A DNA stretch of 59,766 nt, the filler included, from Sphacelaria rigidula (lineage: Eukaryota), in assembly GCA_964200075.2 (NCBI GenBank). It is 3 parts of 3 records of this genome, joined end to end, with 100 filler letters (N's around TTAATTAATTAA, not from the genome) between each part and the next. Parts side by side here need not be neighbours in the genome. Positions count along the whole stretch, not along the records: positions 19,975 to 39,822 come from CAXNAA020000599.1; positions 39,923 to 59,766 come from CAXNAA020000600.1; 1 more part is not named here. One strand, given 5' to 3'. The notes beneath the pieces are model-generated. The model did not search any database. It was not told the origin of the DNA and saw nothing but the letters and a program-made list of their open reading frames with translations. Positions 37,517 to 50,300 of this stretch are shown here, one piece after another. The translations under genes and the position numbers were made by a program. Each line of letters opens with the position of its first letter. Positions within the stretch are counted from its first letter, which is position 1.

Positions 37517-39822
37517 TCACATGTGATGCATTTGTTTTGGCTTCGGTTCCCCAAGACAAGCAGTGACATTGATGGTTTCGCACACTGCACAACACCGCTG
37601 GTGCCAAAAGTTGACAGTTTGGGACACGAAGACGACACACGAAGATGACACAGCGTCGCTATTTGCGCGCACCTTCGATGCTCGCCAAGTGTAAAAAAAG
37701 TCCCACTCGATTAATAAACTGTTCTCAAGCGGGCTTAGGGTACTGGTGGACGTTTGTACCCTATGCTGCTTGCCCTGCAATATTGAGCATACTTTTGCAT
37801 CTCCAAGCCCGCTTCTTACGCTTACTGAAGACATTCAAGCTTTCACTCAGCACTTCCGATATATTTGATCATCGGTTTGATTTCTGATCTCAGGCAAAGG
37901 TTGCGATTTCCCGACAGTTTGGACGTGGCTGAGGGCAGTCGGCCAAGCACAGCATCACATCTATTTTCTACTTCGAGTTTCGACCGGTTTCCTCTTAATT
38001 GGGACGAGCTCTTAATCAACATGCCCTTCTCGCGAAAATCTTTCAGAGCAAGGTTCCTTTTGCGACGAACCTGGACTGCGATCAATCCCAATGTGCAGCC
38101 ACTGTGGTATCATTTCACAGTGCTACTGCAGTCACTGAATCGAAACGCTTTTGGTCTATACTGGACCTCAAACGAGTCAGAAGGTCTTGGGCTCCAGTTT
38201 TGGCTCGCCGACTTTGTACAAAGCAAGTTATGATGATGACAGGTCGTTCAATACCCTGGGGTCACCGGATTATATCAGCAGCTTCGTACCAAAAATACGT
38301 GAAATGCTAACATGTCCTGGACAGTGTATTCACAGGCATTGGTTCCTACAGGATTAAGGTGCACAAGCCACAGCGTACTGCCATCTCAATGTAAAAAAGC
38401 AACATCAGTTATCGCACCAGCCATGAAAATATATAATAGTAAAATAGTCGTCCATGTACAAAGGTGCCAGCACCCGCAATAAAACGACGCACGAGCAGGC
38501 AAACAACGTGCACCCTCTCCTGAAACCATGGCAAACGGCTACTGCACATCAGCTCAATATTTCCGTCGTCAATTCCCCTTGCTACCCGCTAATGTCAATT
38601 TAGCGTCCATCTAGACTTGCAATGATAATTCTCCAAAAACTCGCGGAAATATCGTCGAATGAAGTCTCGGAATCGGAACCATGTGCGGCCAAAGCGCTAG
38701 CAGCTATACAAGGCTACCCCGTCCACAAGTACAGTGAGGTGAAAGCCTAATATACGGTGCGGAGGTGTTCAGGTACCGTGCAGATCAAAACTGCGACTGC
38801 GAAATGGACAGATATCTAGATGGCTTTCAAGTGTTGAAGCTCCCGAATTTCATTTGGTTGTCAACAGTCACATCAACGTCGCAAACCACAGGGAGGGAGA
38901 CAAAGCATGATATTATCAAAATCTTTTATTATCATCGTCCTTGCATCGATGTTTCAACCTACGCCCATACGGCCTAACGGACAATAGTTCCAGGTCACGG
39001 TAGAGCAACGGCACATAAGTCGCAGGGAAGAATCGGCAGTCAAGGCCTGATGGCACGTTTGAAGGATTAGCATTGTGGTTCACAAGGTGTGGTGCCCCGA
39101 TTTTGCGGTCGCGGCTCCTTCAAACGTTCCACAGGTAGGACGACTCGTGACTCGTACGGGTTGACCCATCACCAATGCACGTATCGACTGGGAACCATGT
39201 ACCAAAGAGTCATTACGTACGAGTCATAGAAGAGAACAATATACGTTTGAAGTAGTACCACATGGGTGACGAGCGGGGTTACAGCATATAAGTTCCAAGT
39301 AGTGCCGCACGATTAACGAATGCAAACATGTGCCCTCGATTCATGCTTCACGAATCACTCGTTGGCGAGGTGTACGCTCGATTCGTGCCGTCTGAATGAT
39401 AAGGGGGAAATCGTACCCCTGACTCATGCCAAATGAATCACATGTTGGAAATATTTATTCCAAATTCGTGTATGTGTCGCGTTTGAGAAGAATGTACGAC
39501 CGTACTGTATTCAAACCGTATGAATTACAAGCGCGAATACTGTACATTTGATGCATGCCGTATGAATCATAGGTCCAAAACGTGGACGTATGATACATTC
39601 CGTTTGAATCATGGGTGCAAAACGTGCACATCACTGTAATTTTCCATCTCTTTCACCTCTTCGTGGGGTGCAGATGGATGCGGTGAAGATGCTGGCTTCG
39701 GCGCAGCCGCTGATGCTGCCGCAACGCTGCCATCAGCTGTGCAGCCCGATGTTGGTGACATCGCATTGCGTTGTGCTGGTACCCATAGTGTTGAGTGATG
39801 TGGGGGGGGGGGGGGGGGGGGG

Positions 39823-39922
39823 NNNNNNNNNNNNNNNNNNNNNNNNNNNNNNNNNNNNNNNNNNNNTTAATTAATTAANNNNNNNNNNNNNNNNNNNNNN
39901 NNNNNNNNNNNNNNNNNNNNNN
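39823..39922. other. Artificial contig spacer N44-TTAATTAATTAA-N44
   Basis: Same 100-nt structure as 19875; flanked by a poly-G run and a C-rich run. Confidence 0.95.
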
Positions 39923-42109
39923 CCCCCCCCCTCCACCCCCCCTCCCCTCTCCCCCGGAAGAACCGATCACATTTTCGAACCTTCTGTTTGGCGTGCTGGA
40001 TTATTACCCAAACTATTATTCGGTTGTCTAAAAAAAGTTGGGTTGTTCGCAAAAAAAAACGCTTGAAGAACATGAAAGAGCGGCCTGGTGATGCTCGGTG
40101 TTGTGCACGCCTGTCACACATCATTCGGCGCAGACCTGAAGCACGTGCACACACCAATTTTTGATACCACTGTCTCAGGGTGAGCAAAGCGTAGCTCAAG
40201 TCTCAGCTGTTGATCACTTGCGCACGAGCTCTTCCCTTGGGTGGACTCAATTCGAAATTGAATTGCATACGATGATTTTTATCACGTGATGTAGTCATGG
40301 ACCTCTAGTCTTCCTTGAGATTTTTAGACCTGTGTGTTGCTACCTGCTCCAGTACGAGGAAACACCGCTTTTGAGGGGAAGAAAATATTTGCGTTTTCCC
40401 GTCAGGACTCAAACTGGCTGTTGCGGGCAAACAACCTTTGCCCATTTTTTATTACCTCCAAGATACGGCATTACGATACGGTAGAGCCAGAGTTCGAGTT
40501 TTTTCGGGGTAAATATCGAGTAATAGGCTGAGTGCTGCTAGTACCAGACTAGGCATTTCACTTGTGAGATAACGGGCGATTCGCATGATTTATTGGGCAT
40601 GAATCAAACGTTGTGGGAAGACATGCACTTTTGTAGTCAAAATTACCTGAGTCACTTGTACGTCAAGAATCACCGGCAAGGAAATGTACGAATGATTCGT
40701 TCCGTACGATTCATGGGCATGAGCATGTACCGTAGGTGGTGGTGTTCAATGCCGGTACATCATTTGCTCCCGGACTTCGGTTCAGACGAGGTATACCTTT
40801 GTGTCTTTCGCCTAAAACCAGTGCAATATTCACGTGATTGTGGGATATTGAAAGAATGCACCGCAATCACCGTTTTTTCACTCTGATTTTTTCAGGTGCG
40901 TCAATTGGAGATGCATGTTATACATCATGACGCATGTTCTAGCCTCGGGTCCGAGGTTAATCCTCTGACCGCCCATGCTGACCGTTCCGACTTTTTGTCC
41001 GCCGACAGTCATGCAAGACTTTGGAAGTCGGTTTTTGTAACTTGGAGGAACGTTCAACGGGCGGTTAGCAGGACTCACGGGAAACAAGGCGTTAGCCAAC
41101 GGCGTCCAGCAATCTTTGCTGTGTTCAAGGAAGGACTCCTCCGCGCTGTTTAGCTTAGTGCATCATTTCTAGACGGCGTTGTGCTGCTGGTTGTGGCTGA
41201 TGCACGAATAACTATGAGGCTGGAGACTTTGTTTCTCCACCAAAAAATCACTCTTGCGATCCTCCTCTCCCCTCCTCCGTAACCGGTGCACTTGGCTTCA
41301 AACTAGGGTTCCGGGGATATAAAGCTGTTACTAAAACATCATTGAACAGACTCCCCCTAGCACAACTTGCCTGTTTCATGAAACACCAGCCGTATACACG
41401 CGCGCATGACCTTGAGGCACTGGGAATTATTCCAGACTGCTGAAGACAGCGTTCTGTACTCCAAAGCACTCAGTACTCCGGGGCATTGGCGACTCGGATT
41501 TCATCGGAGTACCTGTAGTACCCTCTCGCAAAAATACTCGGTCGTGCAGTAGAGATACTCAGCGTAGTACTGTAGTACGTAGTATCCCCTAGCACACCAA
41601 GCATTGATCTTTGAAGGTACTGGGTACCCCGGAGCACCTGGAGCACTTGACCCTTGTAAATACCCCTGACATGAAACAAGAAAACGTGACACGTACTTTG
41701 CACCGATTAACCGTGCGACTCGTACAAGAATCTTACGGCATTACTCAAAAGCGAACCGTGATTGTTACTGTATGAATCATTCCCAGGATTCACACGTGAT
41801 GCGTACCGTCTTGGCTTTCAGAGCGTCTTGCGCAAGGTAGAATGATCACCGATAAAGGTCGTTGGACGACAACTTCTGACGTGAGATTCCCCCATTCCCA
41901 ATGACATCATTTGAGTTAGGGGGTAGATTGAATCACTCAAGTCGAGCAGAGCCTTGAGCTTGGTATCAGTGTTGTCGATAACTACCCGATTTTAGTATGA
42001 ACTGAAGTCAAATGGCTACTTGGTTCAGTACCCTACTTGCCAGCCCCTCCTTTGATGAAATTTTGGATCTAAGGAGGGGCGGGGCGGCTCTACTTCATGT
42101 TGCGGGGCG

Positions 42110-42400
42110 TCTCAATTTCTTCCGTGGTATCCGTGTTTTTCCCGTGTTCTTCTCGGGATCGGCACTTGAGTGGTGCTTCGATTGGCGTTTGTTTTTCTAA
42201 TGGGTTTCTCGAGTTTTTTTTTATTCCGTTTTCTACTTTTTTGTCTACCCTTTTCTGAAGTGACCTTTGGCAGGTGTTCCTGTTTATTCATCCGTGGGAC
42301 ATGTACCATGTGACCACGACTGGGTTCGCGACATATATGTTATTATAGTAGTGATGTTGATGTCAATGTCATCGTGCGATCACCAGTCAATTAATTCAAT
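42110..42400 (+). mobile_element. Possible LINE 3'-end remnant
   Basis: T-rich tract followed by CATGTGACCACG, shared with the RTE 3' end near 24584, and a degenerate TCAAT tail. Confidence 0.35.
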
Positions 42401-44303
42401 ACTTATCAAGTATGACTGCGTGGAATGTACGGTCAGGAAGGTTTGCGTTGTTTTTTCGGGAGGGTTCGGAGGTGACCAACTGTACACCCCGTCACTACGA
42501 GTCGATTTTGACGCTTTTGCGCAAAGCCTGGTTTTCTGCATATATGCACAGTGTTCCCTGCCTGTCGTGAAGAGTTGTGTGTTGATCTCCGCCGCCCGCC
42601 GCGGGTTGCAAAATTGAATTGCCTTTCAAAATGTCGTGAACGATAGACGCACGCCCCGCACAAGTACTGCCGGTGCCGCCGGACTGCACTTGTCCACGAA
42701 CGCCAACATATATGCTCGGCGACGATGCCGCATCCACAACCATGATAACCTGCTCCGCAAATTGTTGAGGGTAGTGAGACGTGGGAGTTGATGCGCAGGA
42801 GGAGCGTGCGTTGGAAGTGCGATGTTGACCGGATAGACACGTGTTTTTGTTGCTTGTAATGACTACACGGTGCTGTGCTTATACGAATTTCCTGTACTGC
42901 ACGTTTTCGCACACGTTGGTCAAGTCGTTGTATACCTGGATACGTGTTGCGTTGGAAACTGCTACGTCGGGGCGGCTCACGGAGCAGACCGTTTCTGTAG
43001 TATTGAGGTGTACATCACGCTCGCTCATTTCCCAATATGGGTCGACCTCGGATAGCTGTGGCCCACCACGAGCGCACCATCATGTTAGTTCGTTGGCAAC
43101 ATTTTTTTCACTCACTAGTGAGATGCGGAAATTGTTTTTTCGCACTTCAGGATACGGGAGCAAGGAAAAAAGCTGATAATGGCACACTTTCGATCCTGAA
43201 CACAAGAGTTGAGCACAAGAATGTTAGAAACAAAGCCCTAGTTGAGATCCTAATCCTGAAATATGAAGTGCCGCTTCAGACCTCAAGATAAAGAGTAGGA
43301 ACATGAACCGCACCCACCACTGCTATCACAGCCAGTTCACAGTCAACATACACAAAACAAGTAACGTCGGATACTCATCACAACTGTCATCCTCATCGCA
43401 ATGGACCAATCACGAAGTCGCATCGTTTGACATGGCAGACAGGCGACCTCCCTGCCCCCGCCATGGTGTTGGTATTCTCGCGGTTGTGTTGCATGGAATT
43501 GAAATGCTCGGTGCGCACAAGGCATAGCGTTGAGCACGGCTTCTTACTGATGACAGCCCCATTTATTTTCAGCTGGGAGAAGACGGTGCGGATGTATTTT
43601 GATCTACCGCGCACTACTAAAACATAACCGTGCTGCACCTGTCAGAGTGCATGACGTCTTCCACCATCATTGTGGGTGGCATGGTGCAAAATTATTGCCA
43701 TGTGACTTTCTTCTTCGGTTGGGGGTACTGTTGTGCTGTATGTACCCCCTGTACTGTACCGTACTGTAGTGGTCTGCATCGCACCGGATAGTAATGTAAG
43801 GTTCTGTGTCTGTAGTGCTCTGTACTGTAGAGTACGGTACGGTACAATATTGATGTATTGCCTGTACTAGCGACTGACTTGTATTTTCGAATCGGATGAT
43901 TGATGACACATTAGGTGGGGCAACCTGCGGCCGACCACTGCAAACGAAAAAGCAACGTCACGTCAACTTCCGTGCTAAAGCTTCCAGATTCCATGCTGAA
44001 GTTTTTGAAAGCTTCGACTCTGAAGTTTTTGCGTCCTGATCCTGAAACAATTTTTGAATAATTTCGAAACTCTACAATACCCGGAATTTTCCACGAGAGG
44101 TCTAAAGAGTGAGCTTGTTTCCATAAGGGTCGTAAGGGAAAGGGATTTCGGGGAAGCTGTCACCCTAAACGTTGTCAAGCGTATGGCGAAGTGGCTCATT
44201 TTTGTCGTGTCAACGGAGGCGCGCCACCCAGCCGTGAGATGATGTGCAATCGAGGTGAACGAAATGGCTGCAAAATAACGGTTGTTTCCTGTGGTTCACG
44301 CAG

Positions 44304-47300
44304 GACTGGAAAGTGCGGAAATCTGCATATCAGCAGATGAAATCAATGTTCGAACGGGCCCAGTCTGGAGACGACGAAGTATTCAGCCAACACGGTGAGC
44401 ACCAGTCGTCTGGTATACTGTGCATGAAACATATTTCCCTGTAGTGTAACTGCACAGGACCCCAATATACGTGTTGCTGGAGGGCTATAGGGAGATCCAA
44501 ACATGTTGCCTTCGTGATTGTTTCACAACTCGTTCCGCGATAAAAAAGAACGCAAAATGCAGGTGTGTCTGCGGCTTACAGTCGGTGCTATTTTTTCAGC
44601 GCGCAAGTATACTGACGTAGGATCTCAATGAATGGTCCTTCCCGTCATGTGTCCGGCACCGTAGATTCCATCCCTAAGCGTCTCAATATTTGTCGGCAAC
44701 TCTGAATCACACTGATCCTCGGTCTCGCTCCCTCGCACCACCACCTGCGGTTATCTACGTCACAACGTACGGCTCTCAGCACCGTTTCTTCAAGGTATGG
44801 TCCAAGACTCGAACGCATCGTGTCTAGATGTCGCACTAGAAGCTATATTAATATTTGCAGACACCTACAACCAAGCCAGTCAGCACTCGTCGGAGGTCGC
44901 CCCTGGAATCGTGGCTAAGGGCCTCAGCGGTCGTCCGGGTACCGTCACCCGCGCGGAAGAGGCTCTGCTGAAGTTTATGGAGGTGGGGTCCCATGCTGCA
45001 TGTATCACTGCATGTCGATTGCTGATTATGTGCCTTGTAGATTCCTACGTTTTGAAGGATTCGTCCCGATGTTAGCCCCAACGCACCCGCGAAGTCTCCT
45101 TTCCCGCGCATGCGAAATCGGTTCACCCCTATTCCTGAACAAGCCTCCGTTGGATACGGTTATGGCCGCCACGTGCGCAACCTCTGCAACAAACACTCAA
45201 ATTTTGCCGGTCTGATGACCACTGCAAAACGCTGAATCACCCGGTTCTTCCTTGCTATCGCCCGACAAACCCCAATGTGATGATACGGCTCCCAGGTCGA
45301 CACCCCTGAAGTGGTCGCTGGCGTTCTTCTGGAGGGTTTATCGGACAAAAAACCTAAGGTGCCACCTGCCTGTGTAGTCATCCTCACCAAGGCGTTACAA
45401 ATGTTTGGACCAAGGGCAATGCCTCTGAAGGATCTCAAGGCACAATTACCAGGTACGGCACCATAGACAGTCAGTGGGTAGCTACAACACTCATTCAGAG
45501 ATATAAAGTGACTGTCATGGGTGGGAATGGGGGCCTATTTTGGATACTATATTTCGGGGAAATGGATCATGAACGCTATATGTATAAGAACTGGACCGTA
45601 ATCGAGCGAATCATATCAGTCAAAAATACAAGCGTCACCTGAAAACAACGACCCGGCTCATATAGAATGTACTATATTTATAGTACATGTACTCAAGCCT
45701 GTAAGTGAGCGGTGTTGACATGATATTGTTCCTTCGTAAAAATCGCTCCAGATCACTGGGTGGAATCTCTTGTTGCAACAGTGTCCAGCTGCTGTGCTAT
45801 ACTTGGTAAGCACACGCCCCCGAGCTGTCACCCCACGTTTACCTCCATTGCGGAGATAATAAGACAAGAACACGAACAGCAACAGTTGTGGCCGTTACAC
45901 ACCAGCGCAACTGCAGTGAAAGGTGTGCCTGTCGTCGTGCGAAAAGGAGAATGTACGGAAATTGGGAGACCATGAGCGGCAGCGTCGCGCATGTGAAAAC
46001 TACTGAGAACGATGTTGATGTTGACCATCAAGAGGTTCATGCTGTGCGGATTGGCTGTGCGTTGCATGTCTTACACATCGCTGTGACCGCGGGATTGGAG
46101 AGTGAAGTTCTCATGGGCCCCATGGGGTCAGGGTCATGGCATGAGTCGGGGGAATCCCATCTTGTCAGTCGCTTGGGCACAGTCTGGTACACTCTGTCCA
46201 GATCAACATATTCAACGTCAACTTTCCCCTGATTTCAATATCTCGGAAGGGACGAAGTTGGACAAACGTGACGAATTTTTTTGTGAGACTCGCAGAGACG
46301 AGATGAATGGTGATATGGGAGGGGGTGAGGTGAATTGATTAGTCACCGACTGCGCTCCTTCCCACCTGTATGGTGTCCCGTTGAAACAGCAAGTTGGCTA
46401 CAGTCTCATAGCTTACATGTTCTTTGCAGTTTGTACAGGCAATCACTTGAAACATACATGGTCAGCTGGCGTAGTCTAAAGTAAAAATCTCTCTTCGCGC
46501 CTTGGTTTCTTCGCTGGAACCCTCAGACACAACAGCCGAAGTTCATGTGTGACCTCGCCCTCTGCAACCCAATACATGAAGGACAGTCGCTGTTGAAAGG
46601 CGAATCTGCCCTTTGTGCACAGCCATACCAGCCGTACCAACGAAGCAGCACCTGATCGGCACGTCACAAGGTAAAATGCCGTCACACATTTCCCGCCGCA
46701 AGAAGAAAAACACGCGGCCCAAAACGAAGCTTGTCGAACGTTGCATAGTTTGCATCTCATTCTTATATTAGTACAGACAGTTGCGAAATACATGATCAAA
46801 GTCGCCAGCAGATGTAAGGTAGTGCACGTACTAAAATCGCCCCTTGGCTTCTGCACTTGAGCCCTGACACGAAGTAGCCGCCAGCTTTGTCTTTCTTCTG
46901 TAAACTCTCCCTCTGCAATTCGACACTTGAAGGATACTCGCCGTTGAACGGCGGAATTACCTTTTGTGCACAGCCGCACAGAATAAAGCAGCAGCGCCTG
47001 GCGGCACGCATCCAAACTGCATGTCGTCACAACTAGCTTGCGGCAAGAAAAAAAACATACGCACCGATTTTTTTGGAACTTGCCATCTTCGACCTCAATC
47101 AGCGCTACTAATCCTCAACCCAAACGTGCCGATCGCGCAACGCTTAGAACTCGGCAACGAAGCAGAGGAAGGGACTGCGGTTTCTTGCGTGCGCTTCCCA
47201 CACAGCCAAGCTAAGTCAACCAGTTACATTTTTGCGTTTGAGCGTGATACGGAGCCGCAACAAACCCAACTGTACAAAAATGAGGTGTTTTGCGCTCTAG

Positions 47301-50300
47301 GGGGGGGATTCCGGGCCGCTGGCGCGACGCCAGCAAAATGTGAGACCACATTCCATAGATCTTGTGTGTATGCGGGGGGCTGTGAAGTGCTGTGGGCTGG
47401 CTTGCTTCCTGTGTCGAGAACCGCGGGATCTCCAGTGCTACAGCTGTTGCGTAGTACACCAAGTTTATAAGTGATGAAGCGTGCGTTCTTTTCGTGAGGA
47501 CCTCGCCACAGGTGCGACCACCTACTGACGTGTCCATTATTCCTCCAAGTTTTTGATCATACTTCATTTGTCGCTGATTTTTGGTCCTCAGGCCCTCCAT
47601 TCCCACTCTCACCTGTTGCAATCGACCAGTCCGTATCGGAAAGAAGCACGAGGTATTTGCTCTACATGACTCAAAGCGAGCACTTTCACGCTGAGAACAC
47701 CAATGAATCGCAGTTTTGTGGTTGCCTTGATTATTTACCACATCAGTGTGTAGTCGTGCTGAGGAATCGAACGTCCAGACTGGATACATCGAGAAATCGC
47801 ACTGCAGATCCGTCAGCCCTCGGTGGTGTCACGCGTACATCGTTCACATGTTACTCAGCTTTGTAAATCGATCGAAACAGCCCAGGAGACACCGTTGGAT
47901 GTCATCGCAAATTAGTGTCACCTGCAACGCCGTGTGGTGCTGAAATTGAAAGTGGACCTGTCTCTTTGCTTACATCATATGTTCTGTGCCCATTAAAAGG
48001 TATGCTTTCTCATAAGGTGGTGGCTGTGCGACCACAAGCGCTTGCGCTGGCAGCTGAGATCGTGAGCTGGTGCGGACAACCGATGTTGGCATCTGTCATT
48101 TCGGAACTGCGGCCGGCGCAGCAGTCCGAGTTGGACAACCTGGTGAAAGAGAAGGCAGAGCAGTCACCAGGCCCGCGTGTGCCAAGTGTTCATCTGAGGA
48201 AGGATAGGTAAGGCGTGGTTTTGAAGGCGAAGTAACCCTCTGGACGAAATGATTCGAGTGACACCGGTAAAAATCAGACAGCGAAGTTGAGCGTGTGCTT
48301 GAGTGAGTGCCTTCATGACGTGAACTGAATGCGGGATGCGGCATTGGAATGTACTCCAACTTTGATCGGTTGAGAGGTCTTGCTAGCCAAGAATCTCGAA
48401 CACGCTGTGCTTCCAGGTTTCTCACACTCGAACGGAACTCGTGCTTTTCGTTGTGATTATCAAGCTATGCCGTTCTCGAAATGATAGCCCTCATCTGTGT
48501 GGTTTTTTTCACATCAACGAAGGCGCTCCAGTGCAAGGACTCCAAATTGGCAACCGCTACTGTAGGGGTTGATTATAGCGCGCCCCCGTGCACTAAAATT
48601 ACTGGAAGGGCTTGAGGAATAACAAAACGTCATCCTAGCTTGTAACTATCGTTGTCTCGTTCCTCAGGGTATCGAAGGCGAACCAAGCTGAAGGGAAAGC
48701 AGAACCCGCAGCGGCGGCATTCGACCCAAGGGAGTTCATGGAGGCGGTGAGTGAGGGAGTCAAAACGAGGCATCGCTGGAAGTGATGAAAGTTGACGCAT
48801 TCCCCGTCGAAACCTCCTGGTGTTCCACCTAGATGAAGATGAGAGAAGAGTACGTGAAAGGAGCGTTGCCGTGTGACGGTGCGTCAGCGAAATTGAGCCA
48901 AAATGGTGATGGTGTAAGTGGAACGTGCGCTATCAGAGACTATGTTGTCAGGCGGGAAGAAAAAGGGCGACCTGAGTGCTGCTGTTCCATTTCATGAATC
49001 AATCGCTCACTTGGATCCTCGGACACGCATGGCAGCAGCGCGAATGTAGACTTCTTTTGTTAAATGATCCCTTGTCGTCCGTCGGCCGCCCAACTGCATA
49101 CGTGGTAGGTGGACATATTGTCAAAACTGCCCAAGACCGAGTTCAACAAGAAGCTGGCGGCGACAAAATGGAGCGAAATATTGGAAGGTCTCAACATTGC
49201 CGTAGATCTAATCGGTCCTGTGCCCAAGCTCGCTGCTGGCGACTACGGGGACCTTGTTCAAAAGGTTAAACGCCTCGGGGATCACTCACATGTTCAGGTG
49301 AGGATAGACTGTAATTGAGATGTTGATGTTGTGTTTCCAAGCGGCGGCAAACCGACCATACCTGCTCAACGTTCTGACGAGGCTGTCAAAATGGCTTGCC
49401 TTCAACTATGCCAGGTAGCGTCTACTGCTCATCGACTGCTTGCTCTTCTAGCGGAGGGGCTCGGGTCGGGATTCCAACCGTACTGCAAAAGTGTGGTCGC
49501 AGCAATGCTGGTGAAGCTCAAAGACAAGAAGTGTGTCGCTGTTCTTGGGTCCTGTCTGGACAAGGTCTACGGCAATCCACACTCTCTGGACCAGGTATGC
49601 CGAGCGCACGTAGTGCACCTCACAGTTGTAGCCAAAGCGACTTAACCGTGAATGGTGTACACGTCATGCATATGCATATAGTCTGTTTGTATAATGGTGT
49701 CGTTTTCACATGCAATTTTGTACCCCTCGCAGGTCCTAGATGAGACGGTAGCTTCACTAGACCCCAAGAAGGCGATACACTCACGTCTAGCAGCGTTGGA
49801 GTGGATTTCTCGCTGCGTGGCTAAGAGCAAACCGTCCGTGGACCCCGCAACACTTGTGGCGCTGGCCAGGTGACTCCCCTGGAAACTTGACTGCGTACGC
49901 ATGTGAAATGCCCCACCAGATGGGTAGCCCTATACAATGATACTTCGATGAGTGGCAAATTTATGCTGTCGTGTGTTTTCCGCGAATTAACCGCGTCATC
50001 TGTCTCTCTACCGTGACAACTTTCTTTGCTATACAAATCTGCAGAGGTACGGTTCGTCTGGTGGATGATTCTGACGCCAAGATCAGGGAAGCTAGTGGCG
50101 CGACCTTGGCGGCAATCGCAAATGCATCCAGGTGTGATCACGGGGTCAAATTCGTAGCTGGCAAGGAAGGCATTGCCATAGAATGCCCTCAGCATAGCTG
50201 GAAGCATGAGCTGTCAAAGGTACGCCGGATAAAAAATCTTAAGGCACTAATTGCTGCACAGTGCACTCAATTCCTTCCTCCGATATTTCCTGTTGCATGT

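Noticed and set aside
40896-41153. 85-aa ORF after a strong acceptor (TTTTTTCAG)
   Set aside because: No recognisable homology or partner exons; insufficient support.
44054-44242. Candidate first exon of MOR1
   Set aside because: No convincing ATG plus phase-0 donor that joins to 44304; start left unassigned.
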